Below, piece by piece: positions 10,319 through 19,000 of a DNA stretch of 32,000 bases (within the stretch, counting starts at the first letter, position 1; every line of letters begins with the position of its first letter). The stretch comes from Cenarchaeum sp. (lineage in GTDB: Archaea > Thermoproteota > Nitrososphaeria > Nitrososphaerales > Nitrosopumilaceae): assembly GCA_965200655.1 (NCBI GenBank), contig CBDAUQ010000001.1, positions 150,276 to 182,275 on the forward strand, in the 5' to 3' direction. The notes beneath the pieces are model-generated. The model saw only the letters and a list, made by a program, of their open reading frames with translations. It made no database searches and was not told where the DNA came from. The translations under genes were made by a program, and so were the position numbers.

Positions 10319-10563
10319 CGGTGGCCGCCGGGGAAGGCTTGGCCCCGGAGGAGGCAGGCGGCGCTCGATCTCCCCGTGGACGCGCCCGGCCTTGCCGCTG
10401 GCCTGCGGGCGGCGCACCCCTGCCGCGGCGCGCCGTGCGCCGAGGCGCTCGGGCCCCGCCTCAAAGGCCGCCTGCCCGCGGCCGCGCCCGCCGCCCCGGG
10501 GGATCGGGCCGCCGCGCCCGCCGCCCGTTGAAGACCAATATACGATCGGCGCGGCGGCAACGC

Positions 10564-12042
10564 ATGGCCGGCGGCGCGGCATCCCCGGCGCCCCGCCGCG
10601 GGCCCCGCGCGGGGCCGGCCCAGCCGCCGTTTTCCCGCCGCACGTCTGTGCTGCGCATGTCGCTTGCCGCCATAGCCTCCGCCTTTGCCGTCGAGACGGC
10701 GATCGGCGCGTCGTACGGGAGCCTCGCCATTATGACGGACGGGGCGCACGCCCTGCTCGACTGCGTCGTCGTCGCCGTCCTGCTCGTGTCGGTCCGCATG
10801 GCATCGAGGCCGCCAGACGCGAGGCACACGTACGGGCACGGCAAGGTCGAGTCGCTCGGCGGGCTGCTCGGCGGCGTCGCAATGCTTTTCGTGGCCGCCT
10901 TTTTCGTGTACGAGGCGTCGGCGCGCCTCGCCGCCTCGGCCGCGCCCGCCGCCGAGCAGGCCGTTGCCGCCGCCCCCGCGGCGGCGCTGCCGCTCCTTGC
11001 GGCCGGCGCGTACGCGCTCGCCGTCGCCGCGTTCCGCATTGCGATCGTCGGCAGGGCCGTCCGCAGGGCGGGCGGGGCGGCCCTCAGGGCCGAGCTGTAC
11101 CACGCCATGATGGACGCCGGCTCGACGGGCCTGGCCATGGCCGGCGTGGCCCTGTCGGCGCACGGCCACGCGCACGGCGACTTTGCCGCCGCGCTCGCAC
11201 TCGGCGCGCTGCTCGCCGCCCTCAGCGCCAGGCTCGTGCACGGGTCGGCCAAGGACCTCGTGGACACGGTCTCGCCCGACACGGTCTCGGCCGTGCGCAG
11301 GGCGGCCGCGTCGACGCCGGGGGTCGTCGGCACGGGCGCCGTCATGGTCCGCACCTCTGGCGGCACCGTGTTCGCCGACGTCACGGTCAGGCTGCGAGGC
11401 GATGCGAGCTTTGGGAGGGCCCACGCCATAAGCGCCGCCGTCGAGTCGAGCATATCGGGGGCCGTGCACGGCGCCGAGGCGACCGTGCACTTTGAGCCCG
11501 CGTGGGAGGCAGTCCCGCGCGACGCGAGGATACACGAGATCGCCTCGTCCGTCGAGGGCGTGCGCGACGTGCACAACGTCAGCACGCACTCGTTCGGCGG
11601 GCGCTCGTACTCGAGCCTCCACGTAATGGTCGACGGGTCGATGCCCCTGTCCAGGGCGCACGCAATGTCGGACGCCATAGAAGAGTCCATCGTGTCCGAG
11701 TTTCCGGACACGGGGCACGCCACGGTGCACATCGAGCCGCGCGCCGAGGCGCTCGCCGAGGCCGACGAGGGGCCGGCCGGGGGAGGAGGGGGCGCCGCGG
11801 GCAGGGACGCCGAGATACGCGCCATCGCCGGCGCGCATCCGCGGGTCGTCCGGGTCGGCAGGGTCGCGTCGTTCGCGTTCAAGGGCGCGCTAAAGGTCGA
11901 CGCGGACTGCGCGTTCGACGGGTCGCTGCCGGTGCGCGACGTGCACGACATGACCGCCGAGATCGAGCGGGACATCAGGGCCCGGTTCGCCGGAGCCCTT
12001 GTCACCGTGCACCCCGAGCCCGCCCTGCCGGACAGGCCCTAG
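10564..12042 (+). CDS. Cation diffusion facilitator (CDF) family metal efflux transporter with three tandem cytoplasmic C-terminal domains
   Basis: The TM domain shows SLAIMTDGAHALLD (TM2 metal site) and YHAMMDAGSTG (TM5 HxxxD-like). It is followed by three consecutive CTD-like units, each ending ..ATVHFEPA / ..ATVHIEPR / ..LVTVHPEP. ATG 10564 lies about 24 nt downstream of CCAATATACG (10535..10544). The alternative start is ATG 10657. Confidence 0.8.
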   Translation: MAGGAASPAPRRGPRAGPAQPPFSRRTSVLRMSLAAIASAFAVETAIGASYGSLAIMTDGAHALLDCVVVAVLLVSVRMASRPPDARHTYGHGKVESLGGLLGGVAMLFVAAFFVYEASARLAASAAPAAEQAVAAAPAAALPLLAAGAYALAVAAFRIAIVGRAVRRAGGAALRAELYHAMMDAGSTGLAMAGVALSAHGHAHGDFAAALALGALLAALSARLVHGSAKDLVDTVSPDTVSAVRRAAASTPGVVGTGAVMVRTSGGTVFADVTVRLRGDASFGRAHAISAAVESSISGAVHGAEATVHFEPAWEAVPRDARIHEIASSVEGVRDVHNVSTHSFGGRSYSSLHVMVDGSMPLSRAHAMSDAIEESIVSEFPDTGHATVHIEPRAEALAEADEGPAGGGGGAAGRDAEIRAIAGAHPRVVRVGRVASFAFKGALKVDADCAFDGSLPVRDVHDMTAEIERDIRARFAGALVTVHPEPALPDRP

Positions 12043-13394
12043 GCGAGTATGCTCGTCAGGTACATGACGGCCATGCCGGCCGCAATGCCGGCTGCCGCCG
12101 GCGCGGTCGGGAACGCCCCCGCGCCCCCGCCCTCCTCTACACCCATCGACCTCACCCACGCGAGGACCGCGTACGCGACCTGGAATATGGCGCCGATCCC
12201 GACGGACAGGAACGCGATCGCCGCGATCGGCGAGTACGCAAACCCGCCTATCCACGCCCCGAGGATGGCCGGCGCGCCGGCTATCGCGCCGAGGCCGGCA
12301 AGGCGCGGGACGAGGCGCGCCGCGGCAAGGGCGCCCCCGCCGCCCCTGCCCCCGCCGCCCCGCCGCCCCGCCGCCCTGGCGACCGGGGCTGCAATCGCCA
12401 CGCCCTCGGTCGTGTTGTGCAGGGCAAAGCCGACTATCAGGAACGCGCCGAGGGCCGCCTGCCCGAGGACGACGGCCGCGCCGATCGCAAGCCCCTCCCC
12501 CAGGTTGTGCAGGCCGATGCCGACGGCGATCATGAGGGCGATCGCCATGGGGCTTGCAGCCCTGCGGCCGGCCCGGACCTCCCCCCCTCCGCCGCCAGCC
12601 CCCGCCCCGGCCCCCGCCCCCGCCCCCGCCCCGGCCGCCGCGCCGGCCATGCGGCCGGCCGCCGCGTGGAGCGCCAGGAACGAGGCGGCCGCCACGGTCG
12701 CGATCAGCAGCAGCCCGTTGAGGCCGCCGGAGAGGCTCTCGGCCGATATGGCCGCGGCCTCCTCGGCCGCGTCGATCCCCAGGAACAGCAGCAGGCCCGC
12801 CGTAAGCGACAGGAGGAAGGCGTACGCCCGGCCGCGCATGCGCGCCATGAACGGCAGCCACAGCATGCCGACGAGCACGGGCACGATGCCGACGTACGCG
12901 CCGACCAGGGCGAACACGGCGAACAGGTCGGCCGTGGGCTCGGGCGTCGGCGCGGCCGCCTCGACTGCCCTCTCGAACCGCGTGCCGTCGTCGACCGTAA
13001 CGCCGACCCTGTACGGCTCGCCCGCGTTCCAGTCGAACGGTATGCGCACGACGGCCGACTCGAGCCTCCCGAGGTGCCTGTCCGGCTCGATCGCCGCGGG
13101 GTGAACCCTGTCGTTGACATCCGCGACGGCCACGCTGACGGGGATCGGCCCCGTGTTGCGCACGGTCGCCCGTATCTCGCCGTCGGCAAAGCCGACCTGC
13201 TCGATCGCCAGCTCGGGCAGGGCCGTGCCGAGGTCGAGCGCATCGGTCGCCGGCCCGAGCAGGTACGCGGCCATGAGGGCCACGGCTGCGAGGGGGGCCA
13301 GGCCGCCGGCCGCGGTGGCGGCGCGCCGCCGCCAGCGGGCGCCGCCGCGGCCGCCCCCGCCCGCCCCGCGCGCATCGGCCCGCGGCTCAGCCAT
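12039..13394 (-). CDS. ZIP-family metal transporter with an N-terminal extracytoplasmic domain
   Basis: GIGLHNLGEGLAIGAA and GFALHNTTEGVAIAAP are the paired ZIP HNxxEG metal-site motifs. There is an N-terminal TM plus a ~130-aa beta-rich domain and a (GA)n loop. The start overlaps the stop of the upstream copper-oxidase gene by 8 nt, so the two form an operon. Confidence 0.8.
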   Translation of the reverse strand: MAEPRADARGAGGGGRGGARWRRRAATAAGGLAPLAAVALMAAYLLGPATDALDLGTALPELAIEQVGFADGEIRATVRNTGPIPVSVAVADVNDRVHPAAIEPDRHLGRLESAVVRIPFDWNAGEPYRVGVTVDDGTRFERAVEAAAPTPEPTADLFAVFALVGAYVGIVPVLVGMLWLPFMARMRGRAYAFLLSLTAGLLLFLGIDAAEEAAAISAESLSGGLNGLLLIATVAAASFLALHAAAGRMAGAAAGAGAGAGAGAGAGGGGGEVRAGRRAASPMAIALMIAVGIGLHNLGEGLAIGAAVVLGQAALGAFLIVGFALHNTTEGVAIAAPVARAAGRRGGGGRGGGGALAAARLVPRLAGLGAIAGAPAILGAWIGGFAYSPIAAIAFLSVGIGAIFQVAYAVLAWVRSMGVEEGGGAGAFPTAPAAAGIAAGMAVMYLTSILA

Positions 13395-14484
13395 ATCCGC
13401 CCGCCGCCCCCGTGCCGCCTTTTTCGCCCACTGCGCCCCCCTCCTCCCCGCCGTCGACCAGGAACAGCCCCGTCCACCCCTTTTCGGAGAACTCGACCTT
13501 GTGGGCGTGGAAGAGGTACCGGCCGGGATAGTCGTACGTGAACTCCATTATGCCGCGCTCGGTCTGCGAGAGCGTCACCATGTCGGTGTAGAACGACGGG
13601 ACGGTGTCCGTCCCCGTCGGGTAGTAGTGGTACAGGTTGCCGTGGAGGTGGAAGTTGTTGATCGGGTCGAACTCGACCATGTTCACGACGTACACCCTGA
13701 CGAGCGAGCCGGCGTCTATCCGTATGGGGTGGTGCTGGTAGTAGAACGGGACGGTGTTGGCCGCGTAAAAGTTGTTCTCGCCGTCAAAGTCGGTGTCGAG
13801 CCCGTTGAGGACCATGACCATCTCGTCGGCCGGCGGCCGGCCCTCCCGCGGGTCGACGATGTACACGCCGTACAGGCCGTGCGCAATGTGCTCCTCGAGC
13901 GGCATGATGTGGCAGTGGTACGGGTGGACGCCGACCGGCTCGGCGAGCCACTCGTACGTGAACCTGCCGCCGGGCCCCACCGTCTCGAATACCCCGTCGA
14001 AGCGGGCCTCGTGTATGCCGTGGAAGTGCATCGTGTGCGGCTTTGACCCGTTGTTGAAAAAGTGGATGCGGACGGTGTCCCCCTCGGTCGCGCGTATGGT
14101 GGGGCCCGGAACGGTCCCGTTGAACGTCCACGCGTTGTAGAACACGCCGGGCGCGACCTCCATGACGCCCCTGTCGTCGGCCACGATGGTGTACTCGCGC
14201 AGGACGGTGCCGTCGCCGAGGTCCGTCACGGCCCCGTACTCGAACGAGCGGAGGTACTCGTCGGGGTCGAACTCGACGGTCTGCGGCACGTACACGGGGT
14301 CGAGGACCTCGCCGGTGGTGCGCACGACGGCGCCCGTGTGCGTCACGAACGTGCGCTCGCCGGCGTCGGCCGCGGCGTCCGCGCCGGGGGCCGGCGGCGG
14401 GCCGGCGGCCATGGCTGCCAGGGCGGCCGCGGCGGCGGCCAGGGCGGCCGCGGCCATGCACGCCTGCCTGCGGGTGGGGGCCAT
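13387..14484 (-). CDS. Two-domain multicopper oxidase, NirK-like (copper nitrite reductase family)
   Basis: The signal-like N-terminus is MAPTRRQACMAAAALAAAAAALAAMA. Copper-ligand blocks are HTMHFHG (HxxxxH), PYHCHIMPLEEHIAHGLYG (His-Cys...His), FHLHG and LFHAHKVEF. The size (365 aa) fits two cupredoxin domains. The substrate cannot be assigned from sequence. Confidence 0.7.
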   Translation of the reverse strand: MAPTRRQACMAAAALAAAAAALAAMAAGPPPAPGADAAADAGERTFVTHTGAVVRTTGEVLDPVYVPQTVEFDPDEYLRSFEYGAVTDLGDGTVLREYTIVADDRGVMEVAPGVFYNAWTFNGTVPGPTIRATEGDTVRIHFFNNGSKPHTMHFHGIHEARFDGVFETVGPGGRFTYEWLAEPVGVHPYHCHIMPLEEHIAHGLYGVYIVDPREGRPPADEMVMVLNGLDTDFDGENNFYAANTVPFYYQHHPIRIDAGSLVRVYVVNMVEFDPINNFHLHGNLYHYYPTGTDTVPSFYTDMVTLSQTERGIMEFTYDYPGRYLFHAHKVEFSEKGWTGLFLVDGGEEGGAVGEKGGTGAAGGYG

Positions 14485-14593
14485 GGCCGGCGGGCGCGGC
14501 GGGGCGATTTTAAAGTTAGCCCAGGCTAAATTTGTTGTGCGGGGCTAACTTTTTGGGCGCGACGCTTTTAGGGGGGCCGCCGCACGCGCCGGC
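14485..14593. promoter_or_regulatory. Divergent promoter region with two TATA-like boxes (ATTTTAAAG 14507..14515 for the minus operon; CTTTTAGG 14565..14572 for the plus gene)
   Basis: Each box is centred 25-27 nt from its start codon (14484 minus, 14594 plus). The remaining DNA is GC-rich. Confidence 0.5.
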
Positions 14594-15133
14594 ATGCTCT
14601 CGGCGGGCGCAATGCTGGCCATAGTCGGCGGGCTGGTCGCCGCCGGCCTGGCCCTGTCGTTCTACGGCTCGTCGATCATAACAGGCGGCCTGGAGCAGCA
14701 GGCGGGCCTTGTCGGCGGGCCGGACGGCGCGCCCGTGTCCGTCTCGGCCGAGCTGGGGGCGGGCGCCTCCGCCGCCGGCGCCTCGCGCGGCGTGTTCGTC
14801 GTGCAGGTGATGGACCCCGGCGCGGGCGCCGGCGTGTCCGCGAGGGTGCTCGGGCCATCGGGCGAAGAGCTCGCGTTCGAGCGCGTGGAGGGCGACTCGC
14901 ACGAGGGGTACTTTGACATCGGGGATGCGGGCGCGTACACGCTGCGCGTCGACGGGGACGGCCAGGGGGAAACGGAGGTGCTCGCCGTCGTCGGCGCCCT
15001 GCCGGGAACGGAAAAGATCGCCGTCGGGGTCACCGGATTCTACCTGATAGTGGCAGGGCTGGTCGGCATGGGCGCCGTCGGGGTCATTGCGATGCGCGCC
15101 AGGTCGCGGCGGCGAAGGGAAGGGGGCCCGTAG
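14594..15133 (+). CDS. Hypothetical membrane protein (N- and C-terminal TM helices flanking a ~120-aa extracytoplasmic domain)
   Basis: TM helices are MLAIVGGLVAAGLALSFYG and VTGFYLIVAGLVGMGAVGVIAM, followed by an RRRR stop-transfer. Codon bias is typical of the core genome. No family was recognised. Confidence 0.55.
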   Translation: MLSAGAMLAIVGGLVAAGLALSFYGSSIITGGLEQQAGLVGGPDGAPVSVSAELGAGASAAGASRGVFVVQVMDPGAGAGVSARVLGPSGEELAFERVEGDSHEGYFDIGDAGAYTLRVDGDGQGETEVLAVVGALPGTEKIAVGVTGFYLIVAGLVGMGAVGVIAMRARSRRRREGGP

Positions 15134-15137
15134 CCCG

Positions 15138-15515
15138 TCAGTTGAGGAACCCGTCGAGCTTTGCAAGGCCGTCGACGGCGGACTCGTAGTTTTCGTCGCG
15201 CTCCATGACGGCGGCAAGCCTTGCCGCGTCGGCCTCGTACACGGCGCCGCCGCCGCCGGCCGGATCTTCCCGCCGCGCGACGTAGCCGAGGCCGACGAGC
15301 CGCGAGAGGCGCGACTCGACGTCGCCGGGGGGCGCGCCGGACCTGGCGGCCAGCTCGGAGAGCGCAAGGGGGCCGGCCTCTAGCTCGGCTAGCAGCACGG
15401 ACACGTCGGGGTCGAACAGGCTGGCGATCACGGCGTCGCGCCCGTCGCCGCCGGGCTCGGCGTCGACCGATCCCGGCGCCCCCTCCTCCATGCGGGCGGT
15501 CTTTGCGCGGGCCAT
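15138..15515 (-). CDS. Winged-helix (ArsR-like) transcriptional regulator
   Basis: DVSVLLAELEAGPLALSELAARSGAPPGDVESRLSRLVGLGYVARRE is an HTH plus wing pattern. The start is ATG 15515 (or 15491). The upstream 130 aa of the track ORF is R/P/A-rich and was not included. Confidence 0.6.
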   Translation of the reverse strand: MARAKTARMEEGAPGSVDAEPGGDGRDAVIASLFDPDVSVLLAELEAGPLALSELAARSGAPPGDVESRLSRLVGLGYVARREDPAGGGGAVYEADAARLAAVMERDENYESAVDGLAKLDGFLN

Positions 15516-15983
15516 AAAGCCGTTGCCGCGGCAGGCAGGGGCGCCGCGCTCGAGGCCTGTCGACGGGCGCCGTCCGGCGTGTTCGGGCGGCGTGCCGGGG
15601 CGCGCAGGGTGGGGGATACGCGGCCAGACGTGGCCGTTGCTGCCGCCGCCGGCCGCGCGCTCGAGGCCTGCGGACGGCCGCCGGCAGGCTTGTGTAACCG
15701 ACGAGCGGCCGTCAGCACGCGGCTCCGTGCCGGGCCCGACAGGGCGGCGGCGCCCGCCTGTTCGGGCCGCCGCCCGCGCGCGGCAGGCATGCCGGCGGCC
15801 GCCGCCCGGTCCATGGCCGCCGCCACGGCCGCTGCCCGTGCCGGCGGCCGCCGGCGGGGGCCTTGGGGCTTGGCGGCTTGCGTCCGGCATGCGGGCGCCC
15901 TGGCGCACGGCATGCACATGGCCGCATCTCCGGCGCCGTGCCGCTGGATGGTTAATAAGAAATCGACTAATTGTTATTAATCT

Positions 15984-15992
15984 TTAATATAG
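15984..15992 (+). promoter_or_regulatory. TATA box TTTAATATA about 26 nt upstream of the NHL-repeat gene start (GTG 16014)
   Basis: It lies in the only AT-rich stretch (15951..15992) within several hundred bp of >70% GC DNA. Confidence 0.5.
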
Positions 15993-16013
15993 CCGCGCTT
16001 CCGGCCGTGGGGA

Positions 16014-19000
16014 GTGGGCGCCGCGCTGACGGTTGCAGTCATGGCGGCGGCGGCCGTTGCCGCGGCCGCGTCGGGGCTGCCGGCGGCGGCCGCTCAGGTG
16101 GGGGGGACGCCCGCGCCCGCGCCGGTATCTGAACGGCCCGTGTTTGCTTTCGAGTTCAAGCATGGGCTGGTCACCGGCAATTTTTCCAGCATTGGCGGTG
16201 TCGCCTTCGGCCCCGGCGGGATCATGGCCGTGGGCGACTTTCACAAGGACCGCGTCATGGTGTTTCACGCCAACGGCACGCTTGCCTATCAGATCGTATC
16301 GGAGGAGGAGGAGGAGGACCACGACCACGACCACGGCGACGACCACGGCGACGAGTCCGGAGCGCATGAAGAAGAGGAGGAGGACCACGCCGTGTTTGAC
16401 GGCCCTGAAGGCATCGCCTTCGGCCCCGGCGGGATCCTGGCCGTGGCCGGCCGCTGGAACAGCCACGTCCTAGTGTTCCACGCCAACGGCACGCTTGCCT
16501 ATCAGCTGGGATCGGAGGATGACCACGACCACGACCACGACCACGCCCCCGGCGACACTAGTTTTCATCCTGACGATCTTGGCCCCGGCGAGTTTGACGA
16601 ACCTATTGGCGTCGACTTCGGCCCCGGCGGGATCCTAGCCGTGGTCGACTCTGGCGAGGACCGCGTCCAGGTGTTCCACGCCAACGGCACGTTCGCACAT
16701 CATGTCGGAGCGGACAGGTCGGGCGACGACAGGTATGGACTCGCTGTCGACGTCGACTTCGGCCCCGGAGGGATCATGGCCGTGTCTGACTATTACAACG
16801 ACCGCGTCCAGGTGTTCCACGCCAACGGCACGTTCGCACATCATGTCGAAACAGGCCGGTATTCGTTTCCCCGCGTCGTCGCCTTCGGCCCCGGAGGGAT
16901 CATGGCCGTGGCCGGGCACGACAACCGCGTCCGTGTGTTCCACGCCAACGGCACGCTCGACCACCAGTTTGGATCGGGGGGGAGCGGCCCCGGCGAGTTT
17001 AATCTTCCCTCCAGCATCGACTTCGGCCCCGGCGGGATCATAGCCGTGGGCGAGCTGGGCCAATATGGCAAGGCGCGCGTCCAGGTGTTCCACGCCAACG
17101 GCACGTTCGCCTACCAGGTCGGACCGGAGTGGCGGGGAGGCCTCAGCGAGTCTAGTATTCTCTACAGCGAGTTTAGCCTTCCCTACAGCGTCGACTTCGG
17201 CCCCGGAGGGATCATGGCCGTGGCCGACTCTCACAACGACCGCGTCCAGGTGTTCCACGCCAACGGCACGTTCGCCTACCAGATCGGATCGGTGGGCGGC
17301 GCCCAGCCCGGAGAGTTTCGGTATCCTAATGATGTCGCCTTCGGCCCGGGCGGGATCCTGGCCGTGGCCGACGCCGGCAACTACCGCGTCCAGGTGTTCC
17401 ACGCCAACGGCACGCTCGACAAGCAGGTCCAATCGCACGTGGGGTGGTGGGCCGCCCCCGGCGGATCATTTTGGGATCCCGCGGGCGTCGCCGTCGGCCC
17501 CGGCGGGATCCTGGCCGTGGCCTACGGCAACAACCGCGTCCAGGTGTTCCACGCCAACGGCACGCTCGACCACCAGTTCGGATCGGGAGGCAACGGCACC
17601 GGCGAGTTTAACGGCCCTGCCGACGTCGCCGTCGGCCCCGGCGGGATCCTGGCCGTGGCCGACGCCGGCAACAACCGCACCCAGGTGTTCCACGCCAACG
17701 GCACGTTCGCACATCAGTTCGGATCGAACGGATCGGGCCCCGGCGAGCTTTGGCTTCCCCGCGGCGTAGCCTTCGGCCCCGGCGGGGCCATGGCCGTGGC
17801 CGACACTAGCAACAACCGCGTCCAGGTGTTCCACGCCAACGGCACGCTCGACTACCAGTTCGGATCGCGCGGATCGGGCCCCGGCGGGTTCCGTCTGCCC
17901 TACGGCGTAGCCTTCGGCCCCGGCGGGGCCATGGCCGTGGCCGACACTAGCAACAACCGCGTCCAGGTGTTTCAGATGTCGATGCTAGCGCGCGATGCGC
18001 CGGCCGTGGCCGACAGAGCGCTAGCGGCCGCTGAGTACGTCGAGGGGGAGGCGCGCGATGCGCCGGCCGTGGCCGACAGAGCGCTAGCGGCCGCTGAGTA
18101 CGTCGAGGGGGAGGCGCGCGATGCGCCGGCCGTGGCCGACAGAGCGCTAGCGGCCGCTGAGTACGTCGAGGGGGAGGCGCGCGATGCGCCGGCCGTGGCC
18201 GACGGCGCCATCGCGGCCGCTGAGTACGTCGAGGGGGAGGCGCGCGATGCGCCGGCCGTGGCCGACAGAGCGCTAGCGGCCGCTGAGTACGTCGAGGGGG
18301 AGGCGCGCGATGCGCCGGCCGTGGCCGACAGAGCGCTAGCGGCCGCTGAGTACGTCGAGGGGGAGGCGCGCGATGCGCCGGCCGTGGCCGACAGAGCGCT
18401 AGCGGCCGCTGAGTACGTCGAGGGGGAGGCGCGCGATGCGCCGGCCGTGGCCGACAGAGCGCTAGCGGCCGCTGAGTACGTCGAGGGGGAGGCGCGCGAT
18501 GCGCCGGCCGTGGCCGACAGAGCGCTAGCGGCCGCTGAGTACGTCGAGGGGGAGGCGCGCGATGCGCCGGCCGTGGCCGACAGAGCGCTAGCGGCCGCTG
18601 AGTACGTCGAGGGGGAGGCGCGCGATGCGCCGGCCGTGGCCGACGGCGCCATCGCGGCCGCTGAGTACGTCGAGGGGGAGGCGCGCGATGCGCCGGCCGT
18701 GGCCGACGGCGCCATCGCGGCCGCTGAGTACGTCGAGGGGGAGGCGCGCGATGCGCCGGCCGTGGCCGACGGCGCCATCGCGGCCGCTGAGTACGTCGAG
18801 GGGGAGGCGCGCGATGCGCCGGCCGTGGCCGACGGCGCCATCGCGGCCGCTGAGTACGTCGAGGGGGAGGCGCGCGATGCGCCGGCCGTGGCCGACGGAG
18901 CGCTCGCGCAGGCTGGGCGCGACGGCGGGGAGGCGCGCGATGCGCCGGCCGTGGCCGACGGCGCCATCGCGGCCGCTGAGTACGTCGAGGGGGAGGCGCG

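Noticed and set aside
10009-10563. An N-terminal 185-codon extension of the CDF ORF (the track ORF starts at 10009)
   Set aside because: The translation is W/R/P/C/A-rich and not protein-like. It covers the repeated module B, including the 36-bp direct repeats. A TATA-like box about 24 nt upstream of ATG 10564 supports the shorter gene.
9456-13541. Very long alternative-frame or antisense ORFs (9456..11495 +, 9868..11838 -, 10461..12005 -, 11502..13541 +, 11890..12861 -, 12049..13104 +)
   Set aside because: All overlap the motif-supported CDF and ZIP genes in other frames and translate to Arg/Pro/Gly/Ala-dominated sequence without domains.
15138-15917. The full 259-aa version of the wHTH ORF and neighbouring 15428..15987 ORFs
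   Set aside because: The upstream 130 codons are R/P/A/G-rich. The HTH domain begins after internal ATGs (15515/15491). The region 15520..15950 is better treated as a GC-rich intergenic spacer with a short direct repeat (GCGCTCGAGGCCTG at about 15547 and 15657).
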